From the NCBI RefSeq assembly GCF_036453445.1, contig NZ_JAZHUX010000001.1: a stretch of DNA of 64,000 nucleotides. One strand, given 5' to 3'. Within the stretch, counting starts at the first letter, position 1; each line of letters begins with the position of its first letter. Positions 27,350 to 41,638 of this stretch are shown here, piece after piece. The notes beneath the pieces are model-generated. The model was not told where the DNA came from. It made no database searches and saw only the letters and a list, made by a program, of their open reading frames with translations. The DNA comes from Lactimicrobium sp. GTDB taxonomy: Bacteria; Bacillota_I; Bacilli_A; Erysipelotrichales; Erysipelotrichaceae. The position numbers and the translations under genes were made by a program.

Positions 27350-27380
27350 AAAAAAACCTGAAGAATTCTCTCCAGGTTTT
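27350..27380 (-). terminator. Terminator after rpsI
   Basis: AAAACCTG...CAGGTTTT stem with U-tract on the minus strand. Confidence 0.7.
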
Positions 27381-27396
27381 CCAAGCCAAATTGTGA

Positions 27397-27798
27397 TTAA
27401 CGCTTGCTGAACTGCGGTGCACGGCGGGCAGCTTTGAGACCGTACTTCTTACGTTCCTTCATACGGGAATCACGTGTGAGGAATCCAGCCTTCTTCAGTA
27501 CAGGTCTGTAATCTGCACTGGCTTCCAGCAGAGCACGGGAGATGCCATGACGCATAGCACCAGCCTGGCCGGCATAACCGCCGCCATAAACGTTGATCTT
27601 GATGTCAAACTGACCCTTTGTTTCAGTCAGTACAAGCGGAGCATTTACCTCCATACGCAGAGTAGCCTGCGGGAGATACTCTTCCAGAGTGCGTCCATTA
27701 ACTGTGATCACACCTGTACCCGGAGTCATAAAGACACGGGCAACGGACTGCTTGCGGCGTCCTGTTCCGATGTAAGTAACCTTCTTCTTACCTGCCAT
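27397..27798 (-). CDS. rpsI: 30S ribosomal protein S9
   Basis: [44 protein letters not shown]. Confidence 0.99.
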   Translation of the reverse strand: MAGKKKVTYIGTGRRKQSVARVFMTPGTGVITVNGRTLEEYLPQATLRMEVNAPLVLTETKGQFDIKINVYGGGYAGQAGAMRHGISRALLEASADYRPVLKKAGFLTRDSRMKERKKYGLKAARRAPQFSKR

Positions 27799-27812
27799 TG
27801 TCCTTATCCTCC

Positions 27813-28247
27813 TTACTTAATCTTCAGCTCAACAGGCTTCTGAGCTGTATGAGGATGTTCAGCACCCTCATAAACGAATACATGCTTGCGCATCTGATCA
27901 CCAAGCTTGTTGTGCGGCAGCATACCAGTGATAGCCTTTGTGACCCACTCAACTGTATACTGTTCACGCATCACCTTTGTGCTTCTGACACGCAGACCAT
28001 TCGGATACTGGGAATGAGAGAAGTAGAACTTCTTGAAATCCTGATCACCAGTGATACGAACCTTATCTGCATTAATGACGATCACATAATCGCCACAGTC
28101 AACATTCGGTGTGTAAATCGGCTTGTTCTTGCCCTTTAATACTGTTGCGACCTGAGAAGCAAGACGTCCCAGGACACAGTCAGTGGCGTCTACAACATAC
28201 CACTGACGCTTGACTTCGTTTGGCTTAGCCATCGTTGTCTGACGCAT
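27813..28247 (-). CDS. rplM: 50S ribosomal protein L13
   Basis: [38 protein letters not shown]. Confidence 0.99.
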   Translation of the reverse strand: MRQTTMAKPNEVKRQWYVVDATDCVLGRLASQVATVLKGKNKPIYTPNVDCGDYVIVINADKVRITGDQDFKKFYFSHSQYPNGLRVRSTKVMREQYTVEWVTKAITGMLPHNKLGDQMRKHVFVYEGAEHPHTAQKPVELKIK

Positions 28248-28257
28248 AATTCATCCT

Positions 28258-28333
28258 CCATATGTAGTTTCCGGGGCTACATTTGGCATGAGATGCCGAC
28301 TGTTATTTTAAGTCCTGCCATGCACCAAGTCAA
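28258..28333 (-). promoter_or_regulatory. rplM promoter (TTGACT-17-TAAAAT) and structured 5' leader (L13-leader-like)
   Basis: Two hairpins in the leader: GGCAT-CTC-ATGCC and ATGTAG-CCCCGGAAA-CTACAT, the second abutting SD GGAGG. Confidence 0.7.
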
Positions 28334-28410
28334 CCTTTATTTATCGGCACTTTACGCATCTTTTGCAAAGGTAAATTCCACTGGGAAAGTGTCCTGTATC
28401 TGCGGCAGAT

Positions 28411-28436
28411 AAAAAGCCCTGGTCTCCCAGAGCTTT
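28411..28436 (-). terminator. Terminator after the GH1 gene
   Basis: AAAGCCCTGG / CCAGAGCTTT stem (one mismatch) with U-tract on the minus strand. Confidence 0.6.
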
Positions 28437-28456
28437 GTTCGCTTCAGATCAATTGA

Positions 28457-29959
<1,503 letters not shown>

Positions 29960-29973
29960 TTAAGATACTTAAA

Positions 29974-30006
29974 TGATAACGTATTCATCATGAAAGATGG
30001 TGTCAA
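29974..30006 (-). promoter_or_regulatory. GH1 promoter (TTGACA-17-TACGTT) overlapped by a cre-like site TGAATACGTTATCA
   Basis: The site at 29974-29987 has one mismatch to TGWNANCGNTNWCA. Confidence 0.5.
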
Positions 30007-30057
30007 AATGCTGAATAACATCTGAATATGAGTAGCAGTCATGCTGAAGGGAGGGCG

Positions 30058-30092
30058 AAAAAAAAGTGACTCTCAGGATGAGAATCACTCTT
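30058..30092 (-). terminator. rrn operon terminator
   Basis: AGTGA.TCTC / GAGA.TCACT stem with A-run (U-tract on the minus strand) just after the 5S. Confidence 0.65.
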
Positions 30093-30096
30093 GCTA

Positions 30097-30203
30097 ACCT
30101 GGCAGCGCGCTCTTTTTGCCGTAAGGCTATCTTCGCCGCGGAAGTGCTTAACTTCTGTGTTCGGGATGGGAACAGGTGTGACCACTTCGCTATTGCCACC
30201 AGA
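30097..30203 (-). rRNA. rrf: 5S rRNA (about 107 nt)
   Basis: TCTGGTGGCAATAGC...CCCATCCCGAACACAGAAGTTAAG...GCTGCCAGG. Confidence 0.95.
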
Positions 30204-30291
30204 TCTCCTCAGGTTCTCTAAATTCCCTGAAAACTGAATAACAGTTATTGACAGATGCCTTTCTTACTTCTTGTATGGCGTTCTCTTAGCT

Positions 30292-33191
<2,900 letters not shown>

Positions 33192-33440
33192 ATGCCTGTT
33201 ATCTATGACGAGTTCATAAATAACATTTCTACTGAGAACTGTTAACTGTCTGTTTCTAACATTTTCAGTTAATCTTTTCTACAACTTTTCAGAAAGACCT
33301 ATCTGTCTTTCTTCTGTTATTCAGTTTTCAAAGAACTTATCCTCTCCTGAGAATATACTTTTGAGAAATCCTTCCAGATCTCTCAAAACCGAACAGAAAT
33401 TGTTATCCCACATCCAACTTCGCTTGTACTCTTTCTCCTT

Positions 33441-34966
<1,526 letters not shown>

Positions 34967-35091
34967 GACTTGTGCTCACCTGATTCTTACAATCAGGATT
35001 TCTTATAAACTCATTGACGTTGTTTGTGTTCTAATCTTTCTGTTCAGTTTTCAAAGATCTGCGCTCTTCCCTTCTCGGAAACAGCTTGTTT

Positions 35092-35130
35092 ATCTTACCT
35101 CTTCAGTTTATTTTGTCAACAACTTTTTTT
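35092..35130 (-). promoter_or_regulatory. rrn promoter (TTGACA-16-TAAGAT) with A-rich UP element
   Basis: -35 at 35119-35114, -10 at 35097-35092. A TCTTTGAAAACTGAACA boxA/processing-stalk motif lies downstream (about 35041-35057) with related copies in both spacers. Confidence 0.75.
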
Positions 35131-35223
35131 CGAAGTTTATGACTGCTGATCCATGATCATTTCCTGATTCCTGAATCCCTTCTGAAGAAGCTTCATGATC
35201 TTACCCTTTTTCCCTCCTATCTG

Positions 35224-35913
35224 TCAACTTCTTTTTTTACAAATTACATTCCGCTGTGGACGTATGACCATTTCACAGGGACAGATCTCTGCCCGCATTG
35301 CAAGAAGATCATGTACAGCAAGGGCGATATCCTCAGATTCCAGATGACAGTCATTCTCTTTGCCAGGCTGGAAATCCGCATGGCGGTACAGATCCGTTTC
35401 TGTCAAATCCGGCATCAGGCAGATTACCTTCATGCCATGCTTTCTTTCTTCTTCAAACAGCGATCTGGAAAAAGCCAGCAGGCCTGCTTTGGCAGCACCA
35501 TACGCAGCCGCATGCGGACTGGCACCAAGTGCGGTCACACTGGCAACATTGATGATCGTGCCATGATTTTCCCGCAGCCTTCTGCCATAGTACCGGCATA
35601 AGCGCATCGGCTCTTCCAGATCCAGGCGCACCATCTGCTGAATCTGACTGTCTTTCATAAACTCATGCAGCCCGTAATATGCACAGCCGGCATTGTTCAC
35701 AAGCAGAGACAGATCAAGATCCAGCTCATCAAGACAGGATAGAACATTCTGATCATCCAGCAGATCGAGGATGATGGGATGAAAGGAAGACGGATATGTC
35801 TGCTGTTGGAAGGTGCGGCCAATGCCCCATACTTCCCAGCCATCTTTACATAACTGCATGGCAATGGCTCTGCCAATGCCATGGCTTGCGCCTGTCACAA
35901 GTGCCTGCTTCAT
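35224..35913 (-). CDS. SDR family oxidoreductase
   Basis: VTGASHGIG, LVNNAG, NVAS, YGAAK. Confidence 0.9.
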   Translation of the reverse strand: MKQALVTGASHGIGRAIAMQLCKDGWEVWGIGRTFQQQTYPSSFHPIILDLLDDQNVLSCLDELDLDLSLLVNNAGCAYYGLHEFMKDSQIQQMVRLDLEEPMRLCRYYGRRLRENHGTIINVASVTALGASPHAAAYGAAKAGLLAFSRSLFEEERKHGMKVICLMPDLTETDLYRHADFQPGKENDCHLESEDIALAVHDLLAMRAEICPCEMVIRPQRNVICKKRS

Positions 35914-36926
35914 GATTCCCTCCAGAAAAAGATCTTCTCTTTACCAATGCCATGTTCTGCCAGAGCTTCTACAATGCTATCTGTCATCTCTGTCTCAATC
36001 CGGGCAGGCAGATGATAAAAGCCCTTTTCACATACGTACGGATACTGCAGAACGGCACTGTCAGGATACTGCCGGCGCATTCTGGCCATATATACCTTTG
36101 ACAGCCGGAAACTGCCAAGCGAAAAATCCCGCACTTTCTGCAGATCAATTGCCGTTGCAATCTTTTCCACAAGATCCTGATATGCCTGCTTCTGATCCGG
36201 ACACATCAGCACCGGATCAAAGCAGATCCGCACCGGAAAGCCCAGGTCCATTGCCTTCTGTAACATAGCAAGCCGGGCAGAAAGAGAAGGTGTTCCCTTT
36301 TCTTCTTTGGCAATTACCGTTTCCGGAGACAGCGTAAAAGCCAGAATCGTCCTGTCTGAAACTGTCATCTTCTGCCATGATGTATCAAACGTTCCCTTGG
36401 TCCGGATTTCAATCGTCAGATTATCATGTTTCCGGACAAACTCACTCCATGCCCGGCCATAGCCAAGGATACTTTCCAAAGACAAGAGGTCTGCATCATA
36501 CGAAACACAAAGATACAAAGAATGTTTCTGCAGTTCTTTCTCCACTGCATCAAAATAATCTTCCAGATTCACGAATACCGCCAGGTTTCCACCCGGATAC
36601 ATGCCCTTTAAGAAACAATAGCTGCAGTCATAGACACAATTCATCACACAGGAAGAATACATGAAATACGGATTGCCAAAGGACTGACAGACCGGTGAAC
36701 CAGGATACAGGAAACCATCTTTTTTCCTGGCCAGGATCAGCTTCTGGCTTTTGTGCTGCAGGCTATAGGACTGCCGGGGTCTGTCAAACACATCCCGATA
36801 ATCCTGAATCATGATGATATGGGCATTGGGAAAATGAGACAGGATAGAATCTGCCTGTGTCCGGATGCCTTCTTCCACATAGATCTCAGTGAACTTTGGC
36901 TGTAACAATGTCTCTTTCAAGCTCAT
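35910..36926 (-). CDS. Spore-photoproduct-lyase (SplB)-family radical SAM protein
   Basis: CVYDCSYC (CxxxCxxC); IEIRTK, AFTLSP, EEKGTPSLSARL, GFPVRICFDPV follow the SplB-family pattern. Confidence 0.8.
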   Translation of the reverse strand: MSLKETLLQPKFTEIYVEEGIRTQADSILSHFPNAHIIMIQDYRDVFDRPRQSYSLQHKSQKLILARKKDGFLYPGSPVCQSFGNPYFMYSSCVMNCVYDCSYCFLKGMYPGGNLAVFVNLEDYFDAVEKELQKHSLYLCVSYDADLLSLESILGYGRAWSEFVRKHDNLTIEIRTKGTFDTSWQKMTVSDRTILAFTLSPETVIAKEEKGTPSLSARLAMLQKAMDLGFPVRICFDPVLMCPDQKQAYQDLVEKIATAIDLQKVRDFSLGSFRLSKVYMARMRRQYPDSAVLQYPYVCEKGFYHLPARIETEMTDSIVEALAEHGIGKEKIFFWRES

Positions 36927-37713
36927 GCAGCACCTGCTTTCCCTGTTCCTTATCCCTGACTTCTGCCGACAGCACCTTTTTTACAAAACGATCTGTATCA
37001 ATGCCGGCCGCATGCCCATAGCGCAGCAGCTGGGCAATCTTGGCACGCATCGTGGATGTTGCATGCAGCTTCTCAGCTAATGCATTGATGATTTCTTCAT
37101 GATCTGTTTCTGTATTCTCTGAAATCAACTCCTGATATGCCAGCAGCTTTTCAATAAGCGCTTCCAGCATCGGTGCATACTGCAAAGACAAATCATGCAG
37201 GACCTGCAGCGTGATCTTTCCATGACCGTCATCTGATACAAAACGCACAAAGAACAACTGATGCGGTCCCATCACTTTGCCTGCAGCTGCCACAGCACCT
37301 GCACATTCCATCTCATAGATACCATGGGTTTCATCCATTTGTGCATCCTGCTGTTCATACAGCTGATATCCGGAAAAAAAGCCTGTCAGTGGAAGCACTG
37401 TCTCCAGCAGTAAATCCGGATAATATGTCCGATGAGTAATGGTATCGGTAATACTTTCGGCCTGATACATGCCTGGCTTCAGACCAGCTGCACAGCCATA
37501 CCACAGCAGGATGTCCCCATTGCCGGCTTGCTCTTTTTCCAGCAGTGTGCCAATGGATGATGCCGCATTGAGCTGCCCGGTTCCACACACAGCACATTTC
37601 AGCTTCTCATTGGAAAAAAGCTGAAGACCGCGGACACCTGCCTCTTTCTTCAGCTGCATTTTCTCAATCAACGGACGAACTTCCTCATACAATGCCGATG
37701 CAATATACAGCAT
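36886..37713 (-). CDS. Purine nucleoside phosphorylase / MTA-SAH nucleosidase-like protein with C-terminal helical extension
   Basis: ALYEE, CGTGQLNAA, YGCAAG, YEMECAG, VRFVSD follow the PNP_UDP fold; SD AGGAGG. Confidence 0.7.
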   Translation of the reverse strand: MLYIASALYEEVRPLIEKMQLKKEAGVRGLQLFSNEKLKCAVCGTGQLNAASSIGTLLEKEQAGNGDILLWYGCAAGLKPGMYQAESITDTITHRTYYPDLLLETVLPLTGFFSGYQLYEQQDAQMDETHGIYEMECAGAVAAAGKVMGPHQLFFVRFVSDDGHGKITLQVLHDLSLQYAPMLEALIEKLLAYQELISENTETDHEEIINALAEKLHATSTMRAKIAQLLRYGHAAGIDTDRFVKKVLSAEVRDKEQGKQVLHELERDIVTAKVH

Positions 37714-37726
37714 GAGCCACCTCCTG

Positions 37727-38767
37727 TCAGCGGATGATCAATGGCATCCTTTCATCCAGGCCGCAAAGCCCAAGCCACTGCCGGAACTGTTCAAGCAGTG
37801 ACACTGCCTCATCCCTGCCTTCTGAGCACACTGAGACAATCTGCGTTTCCTCCGGCATGACAATCACTCTTGCCAGCATCTGCTGTGAGTGCCTTGTTGT
37901 CATCACAAGATGCAGCGGATAGGTCCTGTTTTCCATTTCTGCCTCAGTATCTTTCAAGGTCAATCCTTCCGGCAGATCATCTTGCAGCAGATATTCCCGG
38001 ATCATACCGCCGGCATCCAGTGCAGCAATCTCAAAGTAATTCACTTCTTCCAAAGTAAGCCCGCAGGCCGGCGCATTGCGCCTTGCCTTTGTACGGGATT
38101 TAGCAGCCAGAATCTTTTCAATATCTTCCGGCTTGATGCGGTGGCGGCCAGCCTCAATCAGCTGGGCACTCATCATCCGTACCATATAGCGCAGAAAACC
38201 TTTGCCGCAGTATGTAATCGTAATATGACCGTCATATTCTTGCAGATCAATCGAAAGAATTGTCCTGGTCTGATCCGGATACTCACTTAACGGCGAAGAA
38301 TTCAAAGACGTAAAGTCATGAGTGCCGACAAGATACTTTGCAGCTTCTTTCATTGCTTCAACATCCAGTTTGATCGGACACTGATACTCATAGTCTTTGG
38401 TAAAGACATCATAGGGACCGATATTGATGCGGTAGGCATACTTCTTCCATCTCACATTGTAGCGGGCATGAAAGCGGAACGTCACAAGACGGACATCCAG
38501 AATATGGATATCATCCGGCAGAAAGGCATTGATCGCACCCATCCACTTGCGTTCCTTCATTTCCCGCTCGGTGTCAAACATGAACACCTGCATGCGGGCA
38601 TTGACACCCGCATCCGTTCTGCCCGAGGCAATGATATTTGTCTTTTTTCCGGTAATTCTTAACAAGGCAGCTTCAATATGTTCCTGAATGGAAGTACCCA
38701 ATGTCTGTGACTGCCAGCCATCATACTTTCCACCCATATACTCCACAACACAGCGGTAGCGGTTCAT
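37727..38767 (-). CDS. truA: tRNA pseudouridine(38-40) synthase with about 100-aa C-terminal extension
   Basis: SGRTDAGVNA, FHARY, GTHDFTS, GKGFLRYMVR, APACGLTL. Confidence 0.95.
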   Translation of the reverse strand: MNRYRCVVEYMGGKYDGWQSQTLGTSIQEHIEAALLRITGKKTNIIASGRTDAGVNARMQVFMFDTEREMKERKWMGAINAFLPDDIHILDVRLVTFRFHARYNVRWKKYAYRINIGPYDVFTKDYEYQCPIKLDVEAMKEAAKYLVGTHDFTSLNSSPLSEYPDQTRTILSIDLQEYDGHITITYCGKGFLRYMVRMMSAQLIEAGRHRIKPEDIEKILAAKSRTKARRNAPACGLTLEEVNYFEIAALDAGGMIREYLLQDDLPEGLTLKDTEAEMENRTYPLHLVMTTRHSQQMLARVIVMPEETQIVSVCSEGRDEAVSLLEQFRQWLGLCGLDERMPLIIR

Positions 38768-39564
38768 ATCACGTATGCCAGCAGAATCATCAAAACAAGC
38801 ACACCGCAGGCACCGGCAATAAAAAGCCAGTCTGAAGAATGCATTTTCAGAATCTTATAACGGGTGCGCGGCTCACCAGGCGCATAGCCTCTGGCTTCCA
38901 TGGCATTGGCCAGATCCTCTGCTCTCTGGAACGCACTGACAAACAAAGGCACAATCAAAGACAGGATGGCAACGATCTTCTCTTTCATCGTTCCTTCCTT
39001 CATATCCACACCGCGGCTTTCCTGTGCCTTCATGATACGCAGTGTCTCATCAATCAGATCCGGAATAAAACGTAAGGCAATCGATATCAGCATCGCAATC
39101 TCATGAGCCGGTACATGAATCACCGTAAACGGCTGCAGCAGATCCTCAATGCCCAGTGTCATATCCAGCGGCTTGGTCGTTGCCGTCAGACAGGTTGTGA
39201 TCATGATCATCAATAACAGACGCACAGCAATATAGGCGGTCTGAGAAAGCGCACCGGTATACAGGCCCCACTTGCCAATGCCAAACAGACGGATGCCATC
39301 CTTGATGACAAACGAGTTGACAATCAGCAGGAAAACCATCATGAACAGCATCGGCTTCATGCTCTTCCAGACATAGGAAAAGCTGAGCTTGCCAATCAGG
39401 ATCTCACATGTTGCAACCGCAAAGATGATGGCATAGCCAAGCCATCCCGCCGGGAAGAAAATTGCCACCAGCATGATTAACATGGCCATGATCTTAGCCC
39501 GCGGATCCAGCTTATGAACAGGTGAATCCAGAGGAATATAACGTCCCAGTGTAATGTTATTCAT
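38764..39564 (-). CDS. ecfT: ECF transporter transmembrane component T
   Basis: LGRYIPLDSPVHKLDPRAK; IALRFIP; QESRG; AMEARG. Confidence 0.95.
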   Translation of the reverse strand: MNNITLGRYIPLDSPVHKLDPRAKIMAMLIMLVAIFFPAGWLGYAIIFAVATCEILIGKLSFSYVWKSMKPMLFMMVFLLIVNSFVIKDGIRLFGIGKWGLYTGALSQTAYIAVRLLLMIMITTCLTATTKPLDMTLGIEDLLQPFTVIHVPAHEIAMLISIALRFIPDLIDETLRIMKAQESRGVDMKEGTMKEKIVAILSLIVPLFVSAFQRAEDLANAMEARGYAPGEPRTRYKILKMHSSDWLFIAGACGVLVLMILLAYVI

Positions 39565-40414
39565 GTTTCTTCACCTGCCTGGCAATGCAGTCTGCCAGTG
39601 CTTCTATATCCACAATATCATCATCCACCTGGAAGCCCTTCGCCTTCAGGCCGTCCTTCATCTGTACAATCGCAGGCGGTACAATGTTCAGGCTCTCACA
39701 GATCGAACCGTCTTTAAAGAATTCTTTCACGCTCGTATGCAGGCGGCATTTGCCATCTGCCATCACCACAACCTCATCACAATAATGGAATACCTGCTCC
39801 ATGTCATGAGACACAACAAGCACCGTCTTGCCCATTTTATTCAGCTTGGAAAACAAAGACATCATTTCCACAGTGCCCCGGGGATCCAGACCTGCCGTCG
39901 GCTCATCCAGCACCAGAATCTTTGGATCCATAGCCAGAATACCGGCAATGGCAACCCGCCGCTTCTGTCCACCTGACAATTCCAGCGGACTGCGCTCATA
40001 CAGTGCTTTATCAAAGCCAACCAGCTGCAGTGCCTTCTCTGCCTTTTCAACCGCTTCTTCCTCACTTGCCCCAAAGTTCTTCGGTCCAAACGAAACATCC
40101 TTCAGCACCGTTTCTTCAAACAGCTGATACTCCGGAAACTGGAAAACAAGGCCGACATCCCCGCGCAGAGACTTCAGTCCCTTGGGACGTGACCCAGCCT
40201 CAATCTTACGGTCCAGAACATATACTGTTCCCTTTGTCGGCAGCAGTAAGGCATTGAGATGCTGAACAAGTGTGCTCTTGCCAGATCCGGTCTGGCCGAT
40301 GATGGCCGTCATCTTTCCCTCCGTCAAAGAAAGTTCCAGATCATTGAGCGCCGTATAGGCCATCGGCGTCCCTTCGCTGTAAATGTGAGTTACATGTTCG
40401 AACTGTATCGGCAT
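39557..40414 (-). CDS. ecfA2: ECF transporter ATPase A2
   Basis: GQTGSGKST, FQFPEYQLF, LSGGQKRR, DEPTAGLDP. Confidence 0.95.
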   Translation of the reverse strand: MPIQFEHVTHIYSEGTPMAYTALNDLELSLTEGKMTAIIGQTGSGKSTLVQHLNALLLPTKGTVYVLDRKIEAGSRPKGLKSLRGDVGLVFQFPEYQLFEETVLKDVSFGPKNFGASEEEAVEKAEKALQLVGFDKALYERSPLELSGGQKRRVAIAGILAMDPKILVLDEPTAGLDPRGTVEMMSLFSKLNKMGKTVLVVSHDMEQVFHYCDEVVVMADGKCRLHTSVKEFFKDGSICESLNIVPPAIVQMKDGLKAKGFQVDDDIVDIEALADCIARQVKKHE

Positions 40415-41217
40415 AAATCCTCCAGCAGGCTGTCAATCGTCAGATCACGGGGCAGCACAACCCCACGCTTCACCAAAGCTTCCTGCAGTTTCAAAGAAAA
40501 CGGAATATCCAGCTGAATCTCCTTCAGCTTCTTCTCCTGACGGAAAATCTCAGCAGGAGTTCCCTGCATCACACATCTGCCCCCGGCCATGACAATCACC
40601 TGGTCACTGGACGCAACCTCATCAATGTCATGCGTAATTGAAAGAATTGTCAGTCCGCGGTCCTCATGGAGCTGCTTTGTCACCCGCCGGATTTCCTGGC
40701 GGCCCTGGGGATCCAGCATGCTGGTAGCCTCATCAAAAATCAGAATCTTCGGCTTCATGGCCAACACACCGGCAATGGCAACCCTCTGCTTCTGACCGCC
40801 GGAAAGACGGGTCGGCTCATGATCCAGATACTTCGTCATGCCTACCTTTGCCGCATACGTATCAATGATCCCCTCCATCTCATCATGCGGCACACAGTGA
40901 TTCTCCAGACCAAAGGCAATATCATCCCGTACCGTGGAGCCAATGAACTGATTGTCCGGATTCTGAAACACAACCCCAACCCGGCTGCGGATGGCATTGA
41001 GATTTTCCAGAGTCAGATCCAGACCGTCAATGGTGATTTCACCCGAAGATTTATCCAGCAGTCCCGCAATCAGCTTAGCAACTGTTGACTTACCCGATCC
41101 ATTATGGCCGATAATGGCCGTATAGCTGCCCTCTTCCACGCTAAAAGAGACGTCACGGATCGTGGGGACGCCTTCTTCATAGGAAAAGTTCAGATCTTTT
41201 ACCTGCAATATTGACAT
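40390..41217 (-). CDS. ecfA1: ECF transporter ATPase A1
   Basis: GHNGSGKST, FQNPDNQF, LSGGQKQR, DEATSMLDP. Start chosen at MSILQV. Confidence 0.95.
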   Translation of the reverse strand: MSILQVKDLNFSYEEGVPTIRDVSFSVEEGSYTAIIGHNGSGKSTVAKLIAGLLDKSSGEITIDGLDLTLENLNAIRSRVGVVFQNPDNQFIGSTVRDDIAFGLENHCVPHDEMEGIIDTYAAKVGMTKYLDHEPTRLSGGQKQRVAIAGVLAMKPKILIFDEATSMLDPQGRQEIRRVTKQLHEDRGLTILSITHDIDEVASSDQVIVMAGGRCVMQGTPAEIFRQEKKLKEIQLDIPFSLKLQEALVKRGVVLPRDLTIDSLLEDLCRYSSNM

Positions 41218-41283
41218 AGCAGGGTCATTATACACGATTGTGCAGATCACAACAGGCAAAAACACCCAAAACGCCGGCAGAGA

Positions 41284-41580
41284 TCAGGCCGTTTCTGCCA
41301 TTTTCTTCTGATAGCACACCCATGTAATCACAATCAGGAATACTGCCATGCATACAACATTCACCAGCACCAGTACATAGCTGTGAAACAAATCCACCAT
41401 GAATCCCAGCAATGACACACCAGGCGCATTGGCAATAGTGCCGGCAAGAGTGATCTTTGGATACACATGACTGTATTGTGCCATGCCAGACATATCCCTT
41501 GTTAACATCACCACCGCTGACGTCGGCAATGAATAGCTTAAACCAATCAGGGCAGCGCCCAGCAGCAGGCTGGCTGTCAA
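41284..41580 (-). pseudogene. C-terminal remnant of an MFS transporter
   Basis: LIGLSYSLPT...YSHVYPKITLAGTIANA.GVSLLGFMVDLFHSY resembles the last MFS helices. Only 98 codons, TTG start directly after a stop, no SD. Confidence 0.55.
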
Positions 41581-41608
41581 TCACGATACTCAGCAGGCTG
41601 GAATGTAC

Positions 41609-41630
41609 AAAAAAAGCCCCGCAGGGCTTT
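41609..41630 (-). terminator. Terminator after the acidic protein gene
   Basis: AAAGCCC-CGCA-GGGCTTT with U-tract on the minus strand. Confidence 0.75.
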
Positions 41631-41638
41631 ATGTTTGC

